A DNA stretch of 64,000 bases, from NCBI GenBank assembly GCA_051047955.1, contig JBPGPT010000008.1:372001-436000 (forward strand). Direction: 5' to 3'. The notes under the pieces are model-generated. The model ran no database searches and was not told the origin of the DNA. It worked only from the letters and a program-made list of their open reading frames with translations. Position numbers and translations under genes: made by a program. The stretch is from Cystobasidiomycetes sp. EMM_F5. Taxonomy: Eukaryota. This document shows, piece by piece, positions 47,275 to 63,200 of the stretch; positions within the stretch are counted from its first letter, which is position 1; each line of letters begins with the position of its first letter.

Positions 47275-49027
47275 ATGGGCATCCTGTCATGGTTCGGAAG
47301 GGTGACTATGGTAGTTCTGAAGTATCTCGCAGAGTATGCTGACGTCGAGTTCGTTTCCAGAAGAAAGATGCAGCGCCAGACTTCGAAGTGATCCTGAATG
47401 AGCTTGAAGAATCGATACGGGCCAGGGAGGAGAAGCTCGCATTCATCAAGCACAGGGAGCACCGCGGTGTTGTCATCTTTACGGGCTACTCTGTCGCAGC
47501 GTGGATCATCTACTCGGGCTTATGGTGGTTTGGCATCCTCGAATGGTTCATTGACGCCGTCAAGACTCAGCCAGCGGACAGCCAGCATGGCCATTTGGAG
47601 AATGAAGCGCATCTCTTGGCTGATATCCTGCAGACACTCCCAATTGCACTGGTGCCGATACTGTCAGTTTAGCTGCGAACAATACCTTGCGAGCGAAAAC
47701 GACGTCAGAATAGCAAACTGATGCAACAAATGCGTTCCAGCTACATCTTCACGCGTCGAATAGTCAAATGGTACTATGGGCGAAAGCAACAGAGAGAAAG
47801 TGCGCTCGGCTATCCCACACGTCTGCAGGACGCATACTGAATCTTTATAAATACACAGGCAGAGAATTGACCGCTCTGCGCAAGAAACAACGAGACCAGA
47901 TTGACGCTCTCAAGAAGCTCAGCAACTACGACAAGATCACCGAGATGCTCGAGAAGCACGGTCAATCCTCACCTCGTTCACCGCGATTGAACAATGCTGC
48001 ACCTGGTGGTGCGTATAACACGCCTGCTAAGGGAGCCGCACAGAACGGTCAAGGCATACAGAACAGTCCCTATGCAACACCCGGAGGCAAAGGCGGTCCT
48101 GGTATAACAATGACTCCAACACCCGCACAGCAGTTGCAAGCGGCTCAACGTGGTCTAAATGGGATGCCAGCTCAGCAGGGTCAGAATTCTGCCCTCTCGC
48201 CTCTGCCAGCCGGAAGACCTCAGAATACTTTCGGCACACCTGTTCGGAGCAATATGCCTCCCGGACAATGGTCTGTTACAAATGCGCCACTAGGACATTC
48301 AGGTTATGCAGGGCCCCGTAAGTGCAAGTTCTAGGTGGCTTACACGACCGACCAAGCTTATACATAGTTAGCAGCACCCACCCAACCTCGTGGACTAATT
48401 GATAAATTGGCGGAGGCATTGCTGGGTGACAATGAGCAAAGTCCATCAACTAAATATGCCCTAATATGCCAACGCTGTTTTGCACACAATGGTCTAGTAC
48501 TGAAGGAAGAAATCATGGACATCCGTGAGGCTGCCAACATCCCTATAACGACCATTGCTAACTGCGTCTGCTCAGAATTTGTATGCCCGAAATGCGGCTT
48601 CTTCAACCCGTCGAGAAGAGCCCGCGCAGGAGGCGACAGCAGCGAAGCCATACCACCATCCTCCTCGAATATTGCACCGCGTATGCCTTCACTGCAAAAA
48701 CGCTCGTCCGAGGGCTTGAAGGGGACTGGGCGAAGTTCTCCCCTTTCTCAAGAGTTTCTCCTCGGAGATGCTTCGCCTAGTGGAGTACAAGACAATGAAT
48801 TCAATGAGGAATCTGTGGATGCAGATGGTGTGGAGGATGAGGATGAGGACGAAGAAGAAGAAGACGCCGACGACAGCATTCTAAGAAGTAAGGGGTCGGG
48901 CGACGACGCTGCTATAAAGACTGCGCCCATGAAGGCCGACGACCGCAAGAAGGATCTTCGACAACGGCTCCGTGGCCAGCAAGGAAGTCGTCACGGTGCC
49001 GATTCAAGCATGGAAGTCGACGAGTAG
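47275..49027 (+). CDS. LNP1: ER junction protein Lunapark
   Basis: MG N-terminus, coiled coil, two TM segments, LKKLSNY, DKLAEALLG...KYALICQRCFAHNGL...FVCPKCGFFN zinc ribbon. Confidence 0.92.
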
Positions 49028-49740
49028 TACGATGACTGTTCTGCCCTTGTTGTGTGATTTGAAGACTAATGCGATAATGAAAGTACGGGGAACGTAGTGT
49101 CGTCATGAGCGTAGTGCACCTTGCTACTCTTGCAGCTCATGTCGATAGCTTGCCTCTCTTGCACACCAAGCGGTACCTATTTGTTATACATTGCTCCGCA
49201 GGGCTACTGCGCGCCCTTTGCAGACTCCAACCAAAAACCCCCAAACGACCGGGACAACGAGGACGACGGCGGACGCACATACCGAGCTCAGGACTGCATT
49301 ACAACCAGTGCGAGACTGCGTTCACGCTCATCGGTGCACCCAGTTGCAGGGTTATCACCAGACGACGGGCGGGCGGGCAATCAGCAATTACTGCCGTGAC
49401 TGGAGCCAGAGCGAGGCAAGGGTCCGATACAATACCGTACGTGGAGGATCATATACGCCTGCTGCTCTTGGCTTCAAGGCGCGCCTTGAGTCCACCTGGA
49501 CTGGCAATTCGAGTCCAGCTCGCGGGCGTCAAGATACGGGTTTTCCATATACTGGACACGGGCTGACTCGTTGATTCAACCACTCTGCTGCATATTCCTG
49601 CGTGACGACCACCGTCTCAAATTGCCTCGACACCTCCCCGGTCGCCGTTCTAAACGTCAAACCAGTCGACCGCCAGCGAAAAAGGCCTCGACGTCGACAA
49701 CCGCGCAGACGGTAGACAACTGGCCGGGAGCAGCGCGACA

Positions 49741-51272
<1,532 letters not shown>

Positions 51273-52301
51273 GCAACAGTGTGCAAAATGACTGAGCGGG
51301 CCCCCTTCGAATTTGGCATTTTCTTTGCGGCGAGTGGAGGACGGAGAGGCAGGACGTTAAGGAGGACTGTGAAGAGGTATATTGTGGCAGGGTTCAGATA
51401 AGCACGTCAAGGCAGGTTTCGGGAAGGTTTGGAAGTTCTAGTCGTCCGAATTTGCGACTATCATATACAACAAAAGTTCGGCATCGGCTTGGCTCGACTA
51501 TCCGATACACTGTCTCAACCCGGTCAATCTCGTCTTCTGCTATTACAGAACTCTGGCTCACTCTGTTCCCTCGCCAACCCTGTTCATTCTTCGTGGTCCG
51601 AGTTCCCTTATGCCTTCACCATGCTCTCTCCTGCTCTTCTGGCGCTCTCTACACGACACGGCGGTCTCCGTATGTATGTAAGAATATCTGCAAAGTGGTG
51701 TTTACGCGGTGTGTACCAATTCGACACGAAGGCAAAGACGTATATGCGACGTTTGCGGGGAACTTTGCTAGATTGCGGGATTGACGAGGCGCGATGTCTT
51801 ACCAGCAACCTTGCCCACATCACCACATCGACGAGTCCCTGCCACTTGACACGCCGACCATGCATATTTTTGAGGAATGTTGTCCGTAATTTCGGCGCGT
51901 CAAAGCCGGCGACTCGTTTGCGATATTGCTCCCAACGACTAACTATGACTCAATGAACCTACAACTACTGTCTGCCCATCTCTGAATTGTTATTGCTTTC
52001 CCGCATCCACCCACGCTCGTTCAAATATCAACCAGCCCCAAGCCGGCCTCCCAAGCCCTTCGCGCACAAAAAAGAGCGCGTCTGAAGGCCAGCCTCTCGC
52101 AATCAAAACACACACAAACATACCCGCAGAGCTGTGGGCGTGTCCAGCCTCAATAATAACAACAGTTCCGGTCCCATTGCGCGCTGGTCGCAGCGGTGGT
52201 GCTTTGCCCGGGTCTGATCTGACAGCTGGTCGGCCTTGTATTTCTCAGTAAACCCATAGTCTGAGGCGCACCTCGACCCTCACTAACTGTCATCGTTTCT
52301 T

Positions 52302-55113
52302 ATGGTGAGTAGCTTTGATTACCACGAACGCAAAGAGCCGAGTCATTGATGCCATCCCCTAGGCTTCCACTTCCCATTCCGCCAGTCCAAACCTGGCTGC
52401 AGATACCCTCTACTCTTCGCTTTCCCTTATTGACTCTCACTTGGCTACCTTCAACCTTTCCGAAGCTGCAAAGCTCGCCATCTCCGAAAGTGCGACCACG
52501 GCGACAAATGCATGGAGTCCAAGCATGATGAACCTGTCGCCAAATCCATACGACGCGGCATCTGCCGTCTCTAGCGCAGGCAACGCTCCCGCTCTACGTA
52601 GAGAACGTCCCGACTCGGTGGCTCTAGCCTACATTGATGACGAGCACAATACAAACACGCCCGACATGTCGGAACGGTCATCTGTTGGAAGCGTGCGCAT
52701 GGCTAGCTTCGTACAGCAGACCATGGATGTCCCGAAAACGTACGATACTGCGACCTTTGTTGCAGCAAGGAACATCGCAGGTCGTCAGGCCGGCGATTCA
52801 ACGTCCGGCTCCCTTGCAGCCGGTGTACGCGTCGCGACCGCTCGCACAGTCTCCATGAACATTGCGCAGGGTGTTACGAGAGACCAGCCCGTTGCAGCTG
52901 CCGCAGACATGGCTGTAACTAAGGTTTTGCAGAAGCCTGCCCCGCTACAGACCGCCGACTCTGGAAATAGTCTCAATTCGGCATCCAGCCTTCAATCCTC
53001 GACTGCAGACGAAGCAGCCGACGCAAATGCTCCGTCTATTCAGCGTATGCAATCCTTCCTGGGTCCCAAGATGAAGCATATTTCGCCTGCACCTTGGCAC
53101 GAAACATCTGCCCCTTCAGAGGATTGGGCGGCAGGTATTACCTCGACCTTCAGTCGAGTAAACGAGCAAGGGCTGTCTACTCCAGCAGCGGAGAAATCTG
53201 CACCCCGTAGCAGGAGTTTGCGTGACCTGCTTGGTGGCATGACCGTGAAGAGCGATGTCAAGGGCTTAGGCATCGCAGCTCCGCCCTCGCCGAGCACTCC
53301 AGAACCGCAGCTCGCAGCTTCTCTTCCTTTGAATATCGCCAAAGAGCATGAAAACAAGACTACCAAGGCCTCATCTGTGTATGTCCCCATCACCGGAGGG
53401 GCAAGGCAAACTGTTGCCCCACTCGCCATGACGAAATCCTCCTCTACCGATAGTAACAGCAGCATCAATCCCAGGCCTCGAGGAAGTTCTAAATCAGCCG
53501 TCGCTGCCGTTATCGAACAGCCTGCTCTCACTGCGTCTGTCGGCCCTGCTCCGCCTACACCTCCTCCAGCTGCTCTGCTGTCTCCGTCCATGGGTGCTAC
53601 CATGACTGTCACGAATATCGTCAGGTCTAGATCACCCGATCCTGGCCTCGTACCACAGATTTCCATCTCTGCACTCAGAGATCACAAATCATCCGCTTCA
53701 ACATCCGGTGGAAATGGCGCATTCGCCCATAGCACAGCTACTGCGCCTCCGGCGGTCGCAGCCGTTCTTCGCGAATCCAGCCGACGCGAGCCATCTGGTG
53801 ATCGCAAGGCATCCGCACCGCGTAAGAGGCCACCAGTCATTGCCAACGAGTCTTCAACATCGTTACATTCGGCCATCTCCAGAGAATCGTCTTCTGAAGG
53901 CCTCAGCAGCGATAAAGCATCTTTCTCTACTTCGAACACTTCAGTCGATGCCAGCCCGGAGAAGAGTTCTGCAACCATTCCTCCTATGCCTGCTCTTCCG
54001 ATAGCTAGCAATATGCGCTTGATCTCACTTGATGATGCAAGAGAACGAGAGAAAGAACGTATTCGACTGGCCTCTCAGAATCGATCGGCTGGCAAGTCGT
54101 CTACAAATTCACGATCTCATAACTTCGCCCCTCAAACGATCCCATCTAGGTCGGAGAGCCCCTTACCGCCCGTTCCTCCCCTTCCCACTGCTTTTTCCGA
54201 GCCAAGCATCGAGTCAGAGATAATGCAGTCTATCCCGGACAAAGCGGTCAAGCCAAAGAAAAGTGCCTTTCTCAAACTGTTTAAACCGAGAGAAGATCTC
54301 ACCACACAGAAGATATCTGCGCCTACGCCCATGTCTGCTGAAGAAGCTGCATTGGCCGCTTCAACCGGTCAACGCATCAGGAAGACTTCCGCCTCTCGAG
54401 ACGAAGGTAGACCTGGGCGAAGTCGTAAAGCGTCAGAAAACAGTGACGTCTCTTCATCAAAGTCCAATGGCAGAATTACGCCTGGACTAAAGGTTCAAGG
54501 GGCTTCTCCGGATATTTCGCAGTCTGATATTTTCACTGAACAAGAGGCACCCGCGCCTAGTCTCAGCTTGCGACCAGTCTCAATGTTCTTCAACAAGATG
54601 CCGCGCGAGTACATTGCTGGTGCAGACAGTTCTCGCCATTCATCCTCGCGAAGCGAAGGTGCTCGCACCCCAGATACACCCTCCTTTGTCTTTTTCGATA
54701 CCGCGAATTCCCAAGCTGCTCGCACCTCACCTGCGCTGAGTGTCAACGGTCTCCCTACTCCGCCTCACTCTGCTTCTATGCCCGGCAAGACCTTCACCAC
54801 CCAGGCCCACAAGCAACCGCTTTCTCCAATCTTGTTGTACGAGTCGGGCATTGAAGCCACTACAGCTGCTGCGTATCGCGCAAAGATTCTCGACCTGGAG
54901 CAGAAGGTGCTTTATCTCCAGAAGGAGCTTGCCAGCTACAAGGGTGAGGCCTTCGATGAATCGCTTCTGGACGGCACGCCAGGTAACGGTGCAAACCACA
55001 CTTGTGGGAATTGCGGATGTTCATGCAAGTCAAATACATCTCAGACTTCAATACTGCAACGTTCTCGTGCTATCGTCGGCGATGGTAACATGTTCAGCAG
55101 CAATCGCGACTAG
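52302..55113 (+). CDS. Large Ser/Pro/Ala-rich hypothetical protein with C-terminal coiled coil and CxxCGC
   Basis: ATG at 52302-52304, intron 52305-52362 (GTGAGT...TAG), then one in-frame exon to 55113. Short folded-looking islands FLGPKMKHISPAPW, LSLRPVSMFF, CGNCGCSC. Confidence 0.75.
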
Positions 55114-55305
55114 ATTGCATTTTCTTGTACCCTTCCCCAATTAGGCATAGACGGCTGCGCTTTGCCGCCCACTACCATATTGTTCGTTTTTCGTACTGTT
55201 CATGTGCATAGACACCATCTAGCATCCGTTCTCTACTCAGTAATATGTTGATACACCTCCATGTGGGCGATTAATTGAAACCTTTGCTTTTCGTAACACG
55301 GAATG

Positions 55306-57303
55306 CTACCATACACCGGAGGCAGCCTGTAGCAGCCCTATCACCGCTCTATCGCGTGGGCTGAGTTTGGCTTTAAAAGCAGGAGGGAAACTAAGACCGA
55401 CCTTCATGAGCACGGTACTTGAGGTAGCAATGGGCAGAAGTGGCTTACATAAAGGTAATGTAGGTCTGCCATGTTTCGACATCGTCTGACGGCAAAGCAG
55501 TCTCTCCTGCTGGCAATTCAATATTTGCCGCCCAAGCGAGAGTTGCTATGTTGAGAAAAAGGATCGGACTTGCCAAGAAGGCGCCCGGACACCGGCTGAA
55601 AACTCTATCATCAGATGTTTTCCGTGTTGAAGAACCAGGCTTTCTCACCGCTTTCCATACCCAAATATACTGATCTCCTCCTTTCTCGCAAACGACCCGT
55701 CTGCATTCAGAAAGCGCTCTGGTCGCAATTGATTCGGTTCGGGATAGACCTGCTCGTTGCGACTCATCGCCTGCAGATTCGCCCATACGAGCGCCCCTTT
55801 TGGTATACACAGCCCTTCGTACTCGTCGTCCTGCGAAGCGAGGTGTGGTTGAACCAGCGGCACGACTGGCCTCCATCTGATCACTTCGCACTGCAGGGCG
55901 CGTATGTAGGGCAAGTATTGCTCGTCGTGTACTGTTGGCAGCCTTTCGCGACCGACTACCCGGTCGATCTCCTCTTGCGCTCTTCGAAAGACTTCGGGAA
56001 AGCGCAACATGGCCAGAACGAAGACTTGTAAAATGATTGTTGGCTAGACAATGATTGGCTTCATCAGTCATACTGCTTACAGCCATGTGAAAGGCTAAAC
56101 AAAGACTGACCACCAAGTTCGACCCTAATTGATGGCCAATAATCAGACTGGCGTCGTCGTCTGAGTATCCGTATCGCTTGAAAGCATCTGTTTGAAACAA
56201 GTTGCCCCATAGGGACGGAGGTGCACTGGGATCTGACTGATTGATACAATGCTTCAGCATGCTTTATTGTTGACGGGGAGCTGCACCCACTGCTTGAGCT
56301 TTCACTTGATCTCGTAGTCTATCCCACATACGCCGTCCCAACTTCACGTATGCTTTTGCGTCTCGTTTGAAGCCGCCGCCAGGAAAGTTGGCAGGGATGT
56401 TCTGCAAGGAGGGAAAGAGGTCGAGTAATGGCGCGATAGGCGGGACAGGCATTCTGTCCATCTCGTCTTCAATGTTCTTCACAAAGTCGAATGTTGCTTT
56501 ATCGACGTTGCCGCAGAATGTTTTCAGAGTCAACTTCTTTTGCGTCCTGTACGGAAATGGGTTAACGAATTCGCCAGGGCAATCAGATCACAGAGATGAC
56601 ACGCTGACCTACTTCTCGAACACATCCGAAATTGACATTGTCTCCGGCATATGTAGTAACTCGAGGGCAGTGTAATAAGCGTTGGATGATTGCAGCTGCC
56701 GCCAATGAACAACCGCTTTGGGCGACATCTGCTCGTGGAACAGTTTGCGAATCTTGACCACATCATCTCCACCCTCCATGGCGACGAGATTGCAGCTGTC
56801 TGCCCTGAGTTTATCGAAATAGTGATTCGGCTGTGGACGCATAAAGCGGTCAGAGCAGGCTCATTTGCAGCAGAGGAGGGGCTCACAACGCGGTCGGCGT
56901 ACAGAGTTCCTCGCTTTTCAAGAATTGTCTGTGCCGCTTTGGCGTCGCTATAGGCACGATTCGATTAGCTTGATTTCAGAAGGGCAAGGACAGCCCTGTA
57001 GGCTCACCTAATGATGACTTGCTTCCGGAACAGCGTCGGAAACATCATGATTCCGTTCCCACCTGCTTCCCTCTCCCAATCCTCGAACAGGGAAGCGTGC
57101 TTCTTTTTCGGAGCCATCACTTCGCCGGTCATCCCAAGGATCGCTACACCGCGCGGGCCAGGCGGGAACGGCAGCTTGGATGTTTTTCTGGAGAGGTAGT
57201 AAGAGTAAAGCCGGTATGACACCAGAGTCACGGCCAGCAGGAATGGGATAGTATTCGCGGCCGAAAAGCCGGGCAACAAGCCGTCCTGAAGGAGCAGTTT
57301 CAT
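55306..57303 (-). CDS. Cytochrome P450 (multi-exon)
   Basis: N-terminal TM anchor and PPGP hinge, AQEEIDRVVG, EVIR (ExxR), PERF, FGYGKR-RCPG heme motif split by an intron. Confidence 0.93.
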
Positions 57304-57786
57304 GATAGTCAATAGTGGTCAGCGCGCAGTCAGTCGTGTCAGTCAGTTCGGAGAGAGTCAGTGCCATCATTGCTTGTCCGCGTATCGTCTTGATATCCGT
57401 ACCGAGCTGTTGAACAAAAGAACGTCACCCAACAAAGGCAGCCTGTATTACGAGAAAGGCCGTCGCGTCAAAGACGAGACGATACAGACGTTTCGTTGGC
57501 ATGATGTACGAGCAACTATGTGCGAGTGAGTGCACGACAATATCGATAAAGGCTTCTGTTGGCGTCGTCGAGCAAATACGGACAAGAGTGAAAGACGGAA
57601 GCCAAACCCTCATGGCAAGCGATAGTAACGGCGTACACGACTGTCAACGAGTTCAGCCATAAATGCGGATAAGCTACATTGCGATAATCAGGTATGACGC
57701 GCCCAAAGATGCTGGAACTTTGGACTAAACAGAGCAGACGATCAGATAGCAGGCGTGAGATAAGCAAACCTGTTCCAGCGACAGCC

Positions 57787-59719
57787 TTATGCATCCATGA
57801 TGGACATCGTGTCCCAGTAGATCTGATACTCTTCCGGCGTCATTTCGCCGGTCATCTCCTCTGTAATACGAGAGAAGCGCGTCTCCTTTCCAGCAACTAA
57901 CGCCAAAGCACCGTTAGCATGCGCGCGCAATGTTCTGATAACGTTCCAGAAAACTCACCGGTGAGAACAGGATCATCGTCGTCATCGTCGTCGGCATCAG
58001 GCGCTTCGTCCGCTCGGCTGTCAATGACCTCTGCAGAGTCCGCAGCATCACCTGGAGCAGGAGTGAGGGTGGCTTGAGTGTTTGGAGCCGTTCGAATCTT
58101 TTTCTCCGCCTCGTTCTCCACGACATCGTCGTCACTAGCTTCTCGGGACCGCTTGCCCAGCGAGTTGGCCACAGAAGCAGCGGACGGAGGCCGTAATGAG
58201 GGTTGTCTCGAGTTCTTGTCGTGTGGATTGTTGCCGCCTGCTGCATAGTTGAAGGGCATGGGAGAGACTGCTGCTGAAGCTGGACTGACGGATCGCAGAT
58301 CGTCGGCAAATTCTTCGTACCCGCTGTCAACTAATTTACTATTGCCTGAAGAAGCCGCACCACCCGACGCGGGCGAGCCGTGATGTTGGTTATTATCATC
58401 TGCCTTGCCGTTGGCTGTATTATTCGCAGCAGCGGCTTTCGCAGCAGCTTGTGCCGCAGCCAACGCAGTATAATAGTCATCAACGTCGTCGTCCGCTGTG
58501 GCTTTCGTAGGTGATGAGAGGCCATTCGTAATCTCGATGCCGTATGAGGTACTTGCAGTGGGCTGTATTGACATTTGAGCTGCACCAGCGGCCGTCAATT
58601 CTCCGGTAATTGTGCTCTTCTCAATCCAGCTCGGCAGCAGGTTTTGTTGTCGTACTGCATCGGCTTCAGCTTGTTTCCTCCGCCTCTCTTCCTCCTCTCC
58701 GCCTTCAACCAGCTCAACGGTCACTTTGGTAATCACTTCGCCACCAGCTCCCTGTGCCATGTCGGCTGCAGATATTGGGTGGTGTTTTTCTAGCCATGCT
58801 GCTATGTTGAAACTGCGTGGACAGAGAATAGGAATGGCATGAGACGTTTTCTGTAGAGAGAGCATGCCAGCCGACTCACGCTTTGAGAGGTAGACTTTCC
58901 GTCTTTTTAAGACCTTCCACTATAGGCCTTGTCTGTTTGAGCAAGCGATTCATCTGGTCTTTACTCCGTTTGACATCTTCTATATTCTCATTGTCGACAA
59001 CTTCCGCGCCGCAAACATCGCAACGCATGGTATTTGTGTGAAAGTCGATGAGCGAGGAGGCGTCGAGCGTTCCAAAGCTCTTTTTACACCTCGGACATAC
59101 GTAACCTTGCGAGTCAATTTCCTGTGTAATGAAAAAGGTTGGTACAGTCAGCCGTGCAACGCCTGTCGAGCTGTTCAAAGGCGTTGCCTACGTTTCGCAA
59201 CTTGTCATCAATGACTTTGCGTATCTTGAACATCCTCCACTTGATGACATCGATAGTCCGTTGTATGTCGATATAGTACCACGTCCGAGGGGTAGCCTTG
59301 AAGGCGCCAGGTTTCAGCTCGTTTCGGCGGTGTCTGCGCATCCCAGGTTTGTTGATGGCTAGGTCAGCGCAGTCTGGGGATTTCCACTGCACGCCAAATG
59401 GACCTACGAGGCCAGTAATCCATCCTCTGCGAGCTTGTTTGCAATCTTTGCAACCTCCTTTTCCCTGACGCCCACCCTCGCCGCCAGTTCATCATCCTTC
59501 ATGCTGAATCATAGACCAGGCATATACGATACGCCAGGCAGGAAGCAGAGATGGAAACGCAGATGGGTAACCCTACTTCTTTCACGAAGGCAGGACAGGC
59601 CATGGCTACACTCACGCCTCTTTCCGGACCAGCTGGTCAATGAGGATGATGTATTTCGCTTCGTAGAATGTCCGCAGCGTAATCTGGATCAGACGCTGGA
59701 TCTCGCCGTCGATGTGCAT
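57787..59719 (-). CDS. TFA1: General transcription factor TFIIE alpha subunit
   Basis: LRTFY...LIDQL, WYYIDIQRTIDVIKWRM, YVCPRCKK...CDVCG zinc ribbon, LPSWIEKSTITG, MTPEEY C-terminus. Confidence 0.92.
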
Positions 59720-60281
59720 GGTTGTGGGTAATCCTCCCGAGGCAAATCAATGCCTGGAGGGCTGCAGTTGGTTGGCGAGAGTTTGTATTTACGACTGCAG
59801 GTAGTCAGTCGCCAATATGACCAGGCGCGACTGCGAGGCGATTCGACTAGCCAGCAGCCTCAGCCCAGATATCGTCGATGTCGCTGCTGTGTCCGCCGTA
59901 TCCCGTTGGTCGTCGTCTCTGGTCGGTCAAGGCCAGAGAGTTGGAGCAGACGTGAATTGGCAAAGTAAGTTGGGGTGCATGTTGGCAAATGATTGACTCA
60001 TAAAAGCCATGGGACAACAATCAATTCACAGTGAACGGTACGAGTATACATTGCTTCTGCACAGATCATTCTAGCAGTAAGCAGTGGAAACAGATACAAT
60101 ATTGTCAGGGCTGGGGTGAAACATGCAGAGACAATGTTCCGCCGCAGGACGGCTTCTACCATGCTTGATAAATTGTCCATAGTTTAGTACGCTGGTGTCC
60201 TGACTCCGAAGCGAAGAAGAAATGTACAAGTCGACTTTGCGAGCACTTCACCGATAAAATCGCCACCACCTCGGTCGTGAA

Positions 60282-63200
60282 TCATGGAAAGGCTTGCCCA
60301 GGGAGGGTGTTGCGCGTGACCTTGATTTTGCCCTTGTCATTGATACTTGCGTCTTCGTCCGTCATGTCAATGCCTCTATTCCTGGCATTTGCGACAGCTT
60401 CTTGAGACAGGCCAAGCGCGTCTCGTGGTAACCACTATCGAGTCAGCAGGAGCACTTTGTCAGTCCAATATCTATGTGGTCAGCGTCGAGATAACTCACA
60501 AGCGTCGACTGTGGCTTCCACAATGCTGGGTGGTGGAAAGCATGGTCATGTAGTTCGCCAAGCTCGTCATAGTTCTCGTCCTCATCGCCTTGCACAGCAG
60601 TCGTGTCTCCTTGCGCAAAGTGTTCAGTATTGTGGAATTCCTCGTGCCGCGTAGCATCCGTATCGTCGCGGAGCATATCTTGCGCTTGTTTCTCGTGCAT
60701 CCGGCTAGTCCCTTCTTGCAGTGCGTGTCGCCATGACTGGTCACCGAGCACAAAGCCGTCCTTTGGATTCAGCGATGGGCTGTCTGTACGCCCAGCACCT
60801 TCATAGTAGGTATCAGGCCGCAGTGCCGTAGCGCCTCCGGGGAGCTTGCCGTCCTTGCGATTCTGATCGAAAATGGGGGTCAACGGTGCCGATTCGCGCT
60901 GCGTAGCCTCTGCGTCCTCTCTCCGCATGCGCTCGTTGTCTGCAGCTTGAGCTTCGCGGTGCTTGCGCTTCTCGATTGCCATTTCTTTCGCATACCTCTC
61001 CTCATTGGCATTCATCTCCTTTGCCATCGAAAGGGGAAGATAATCGACGAGTGGAGAATACCCAATATGCAATGTTGCTTGGAAAAGGATAACAATCACC
61101 AGCAGGACGATGGTGAGTGCAGCTTGAGGGACTGCAGATGGGTTCCCCGGGACATCTCGCGCCAAGAAGAAGAGTCCGATGCTGGCAAGGCAAGCAATTT
61201 TAGCGTGAAGGATGCCAGACTAACATCACAGCTAAACGTACAGACAGAGCAGAGAAATGTAGATTCCTGCAAACATCTGATTGAGTGCAGTCTTGAAGTG
61301 TAGACCTCCAGACTCTTTGTGTGCCGGTTGGTCGTAAATCCATAAAAAGCAGTATTTGAACATGAACTGCGTGTACAAGACGCTTCGATCAGCTCTCAGC
61401 CACTGTATGCATATTACAGGCATTCACGTAGTACAAGCCAAAAGTCACGGTCTGCAAGTCTCGTTACGTCAGCCGGTCTGAATAGCATGCACTGAGCCAC
61501 AGCAACGCACCGCGAAACCAGCGACTAGCGGTGCAATAGTGCAGTAGGCAATCGAAATTACGCATACGAGTAATTGCGCTGGGTAAGCCTGACCGAATGA
61601 GACATCAGGCATTGTGTATCGAATCTTCCAGAGAGCTCTCGGTGATCCTCCAAGGAGGATTACTTTGACATAGTACAAGACGAGCTTGACAATCTTTGCG
61701 TGTACGGTAATATGACAGATCAGATCAGCTCGTATTTTGGTTATGGGAAGACTGGAAGGCTGCTCACCTGCAAGATACCGCCCGCCGCACCAGATAGACC
61801 GCTAGTGACAATAAGCGTCAAGAAGAAGATGGATGCTTTTGGTAGATTCTGAGCGAGAAGCTGTACAGTAGAGCCAGGATCATTCGTTATCTGAGTGATT
61901 CCAGCCATGATTCCAGATGACAGAGTTGCCACGATGAAACCCTGAATGAACAAAAAGATGAAGCTTTGGCAAGGACGAGAGCGCAGGTCAGTCGGAGTCT
62001 GGAGTGAGCAGCTTGTGCGATGATCCTTCGGAGACGTACTATCTCTTTTGTAAGGAATGCTCAACGAGTGAGTGCAGTGGTGTCCCTTCGAATATTGCCA
62101 GAACTGTTCAACATAAAACACGAGATTAGCATAGTCAAACAAGCTGACCTACAATGACGGAACTTACATTTAAAGAATGGCGGTAGCAGGAGAAAGAGGA
62201 GCATTAGGGCAACAGGTGGCAAGATGCCTTGTATTACGCCATTCAGAGGTGAAGGGAGCTGGCAAAGCCAAGCTAAGAAGTGCACCTTCGTGCACAGGTT
62301 GGACACGTTTGAAATTGAAGTCACGAAAGCGACGGGAAAGGAGAAGAACAGACATGTGGCAAGGGTGATTGCCCAAGAGATCAATTGTCTCGCTTTTGCC
62401 GCATAAGGATTGATAGAAAGCGTATGATTCCAGATAACGTCCTCCGGGTCCACATTGATGTATCGTCCAGACATGCGCAACGGCAAATCGTGAGCAAGAC
62501 ACTGCGCAAACATGTGTGCGGCAATCTGGTCGTTGAAGAGAATGAAGGCTGACGACTTTGGCTTGAATGAGTTTCGGATATCAGATCGTTGACGATTGAT
62601 TTCTTCGTTTGTCGCGGCGAGCTCCTCGGTCGCCCAGTCGATGGTGTCCACCTTCTTGCCTGTGATGTAAGGAATCTTCCCACCCACTCGAGTAGTAGGG
62701 CGCTGTTTCTCCGTAATGTACTTCATGAGTATTGGAGAATTGGACGTGTGCGACGCTGCTTTTTCGGCATCCGGGCCATCACAGGACGACTGTGGATCCG
62801 GAAGAGGCTTCTTCTTTCTGACGAGCTTGTTTGCCAATTTGATGAGACTGTTGTTTGCGCTCTCTAGCTTTTTGGCAGCCTTGATGCGCCTGTCGTACAC
62901 ATCCTGCAGGTCGCCCACGTCCCTTGCCAACCATATCTTTCTGACCCCGCCGGGAAGGTAGTCTGTGAGTTCTTGCAGCCTTTCCATTGTACAGTAGTCA
63001 TCGGGAATTCCAGTCAACAATACCGTACGAGATTGCGGACGGGTCGACCAGTCTTTGGAAGTCAGAAAATCCTGTCGTCGTTTGACAAACTCGCCATACT
63101 CTCGTCTGATCATGTAGAGGATATAGAATGTGCAAGTCCAGGATAGGAGCAGCGGTGCCCACAGACGCGCTTGCTGGTCTGTCCCGACCATTCCGAATGT

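Noticed and set aside
51429..51956. 175-aa ORF downstream of GLC7
   Set aside because: TTG start and no protein-like features; more likely UTR or intergenic sequence.
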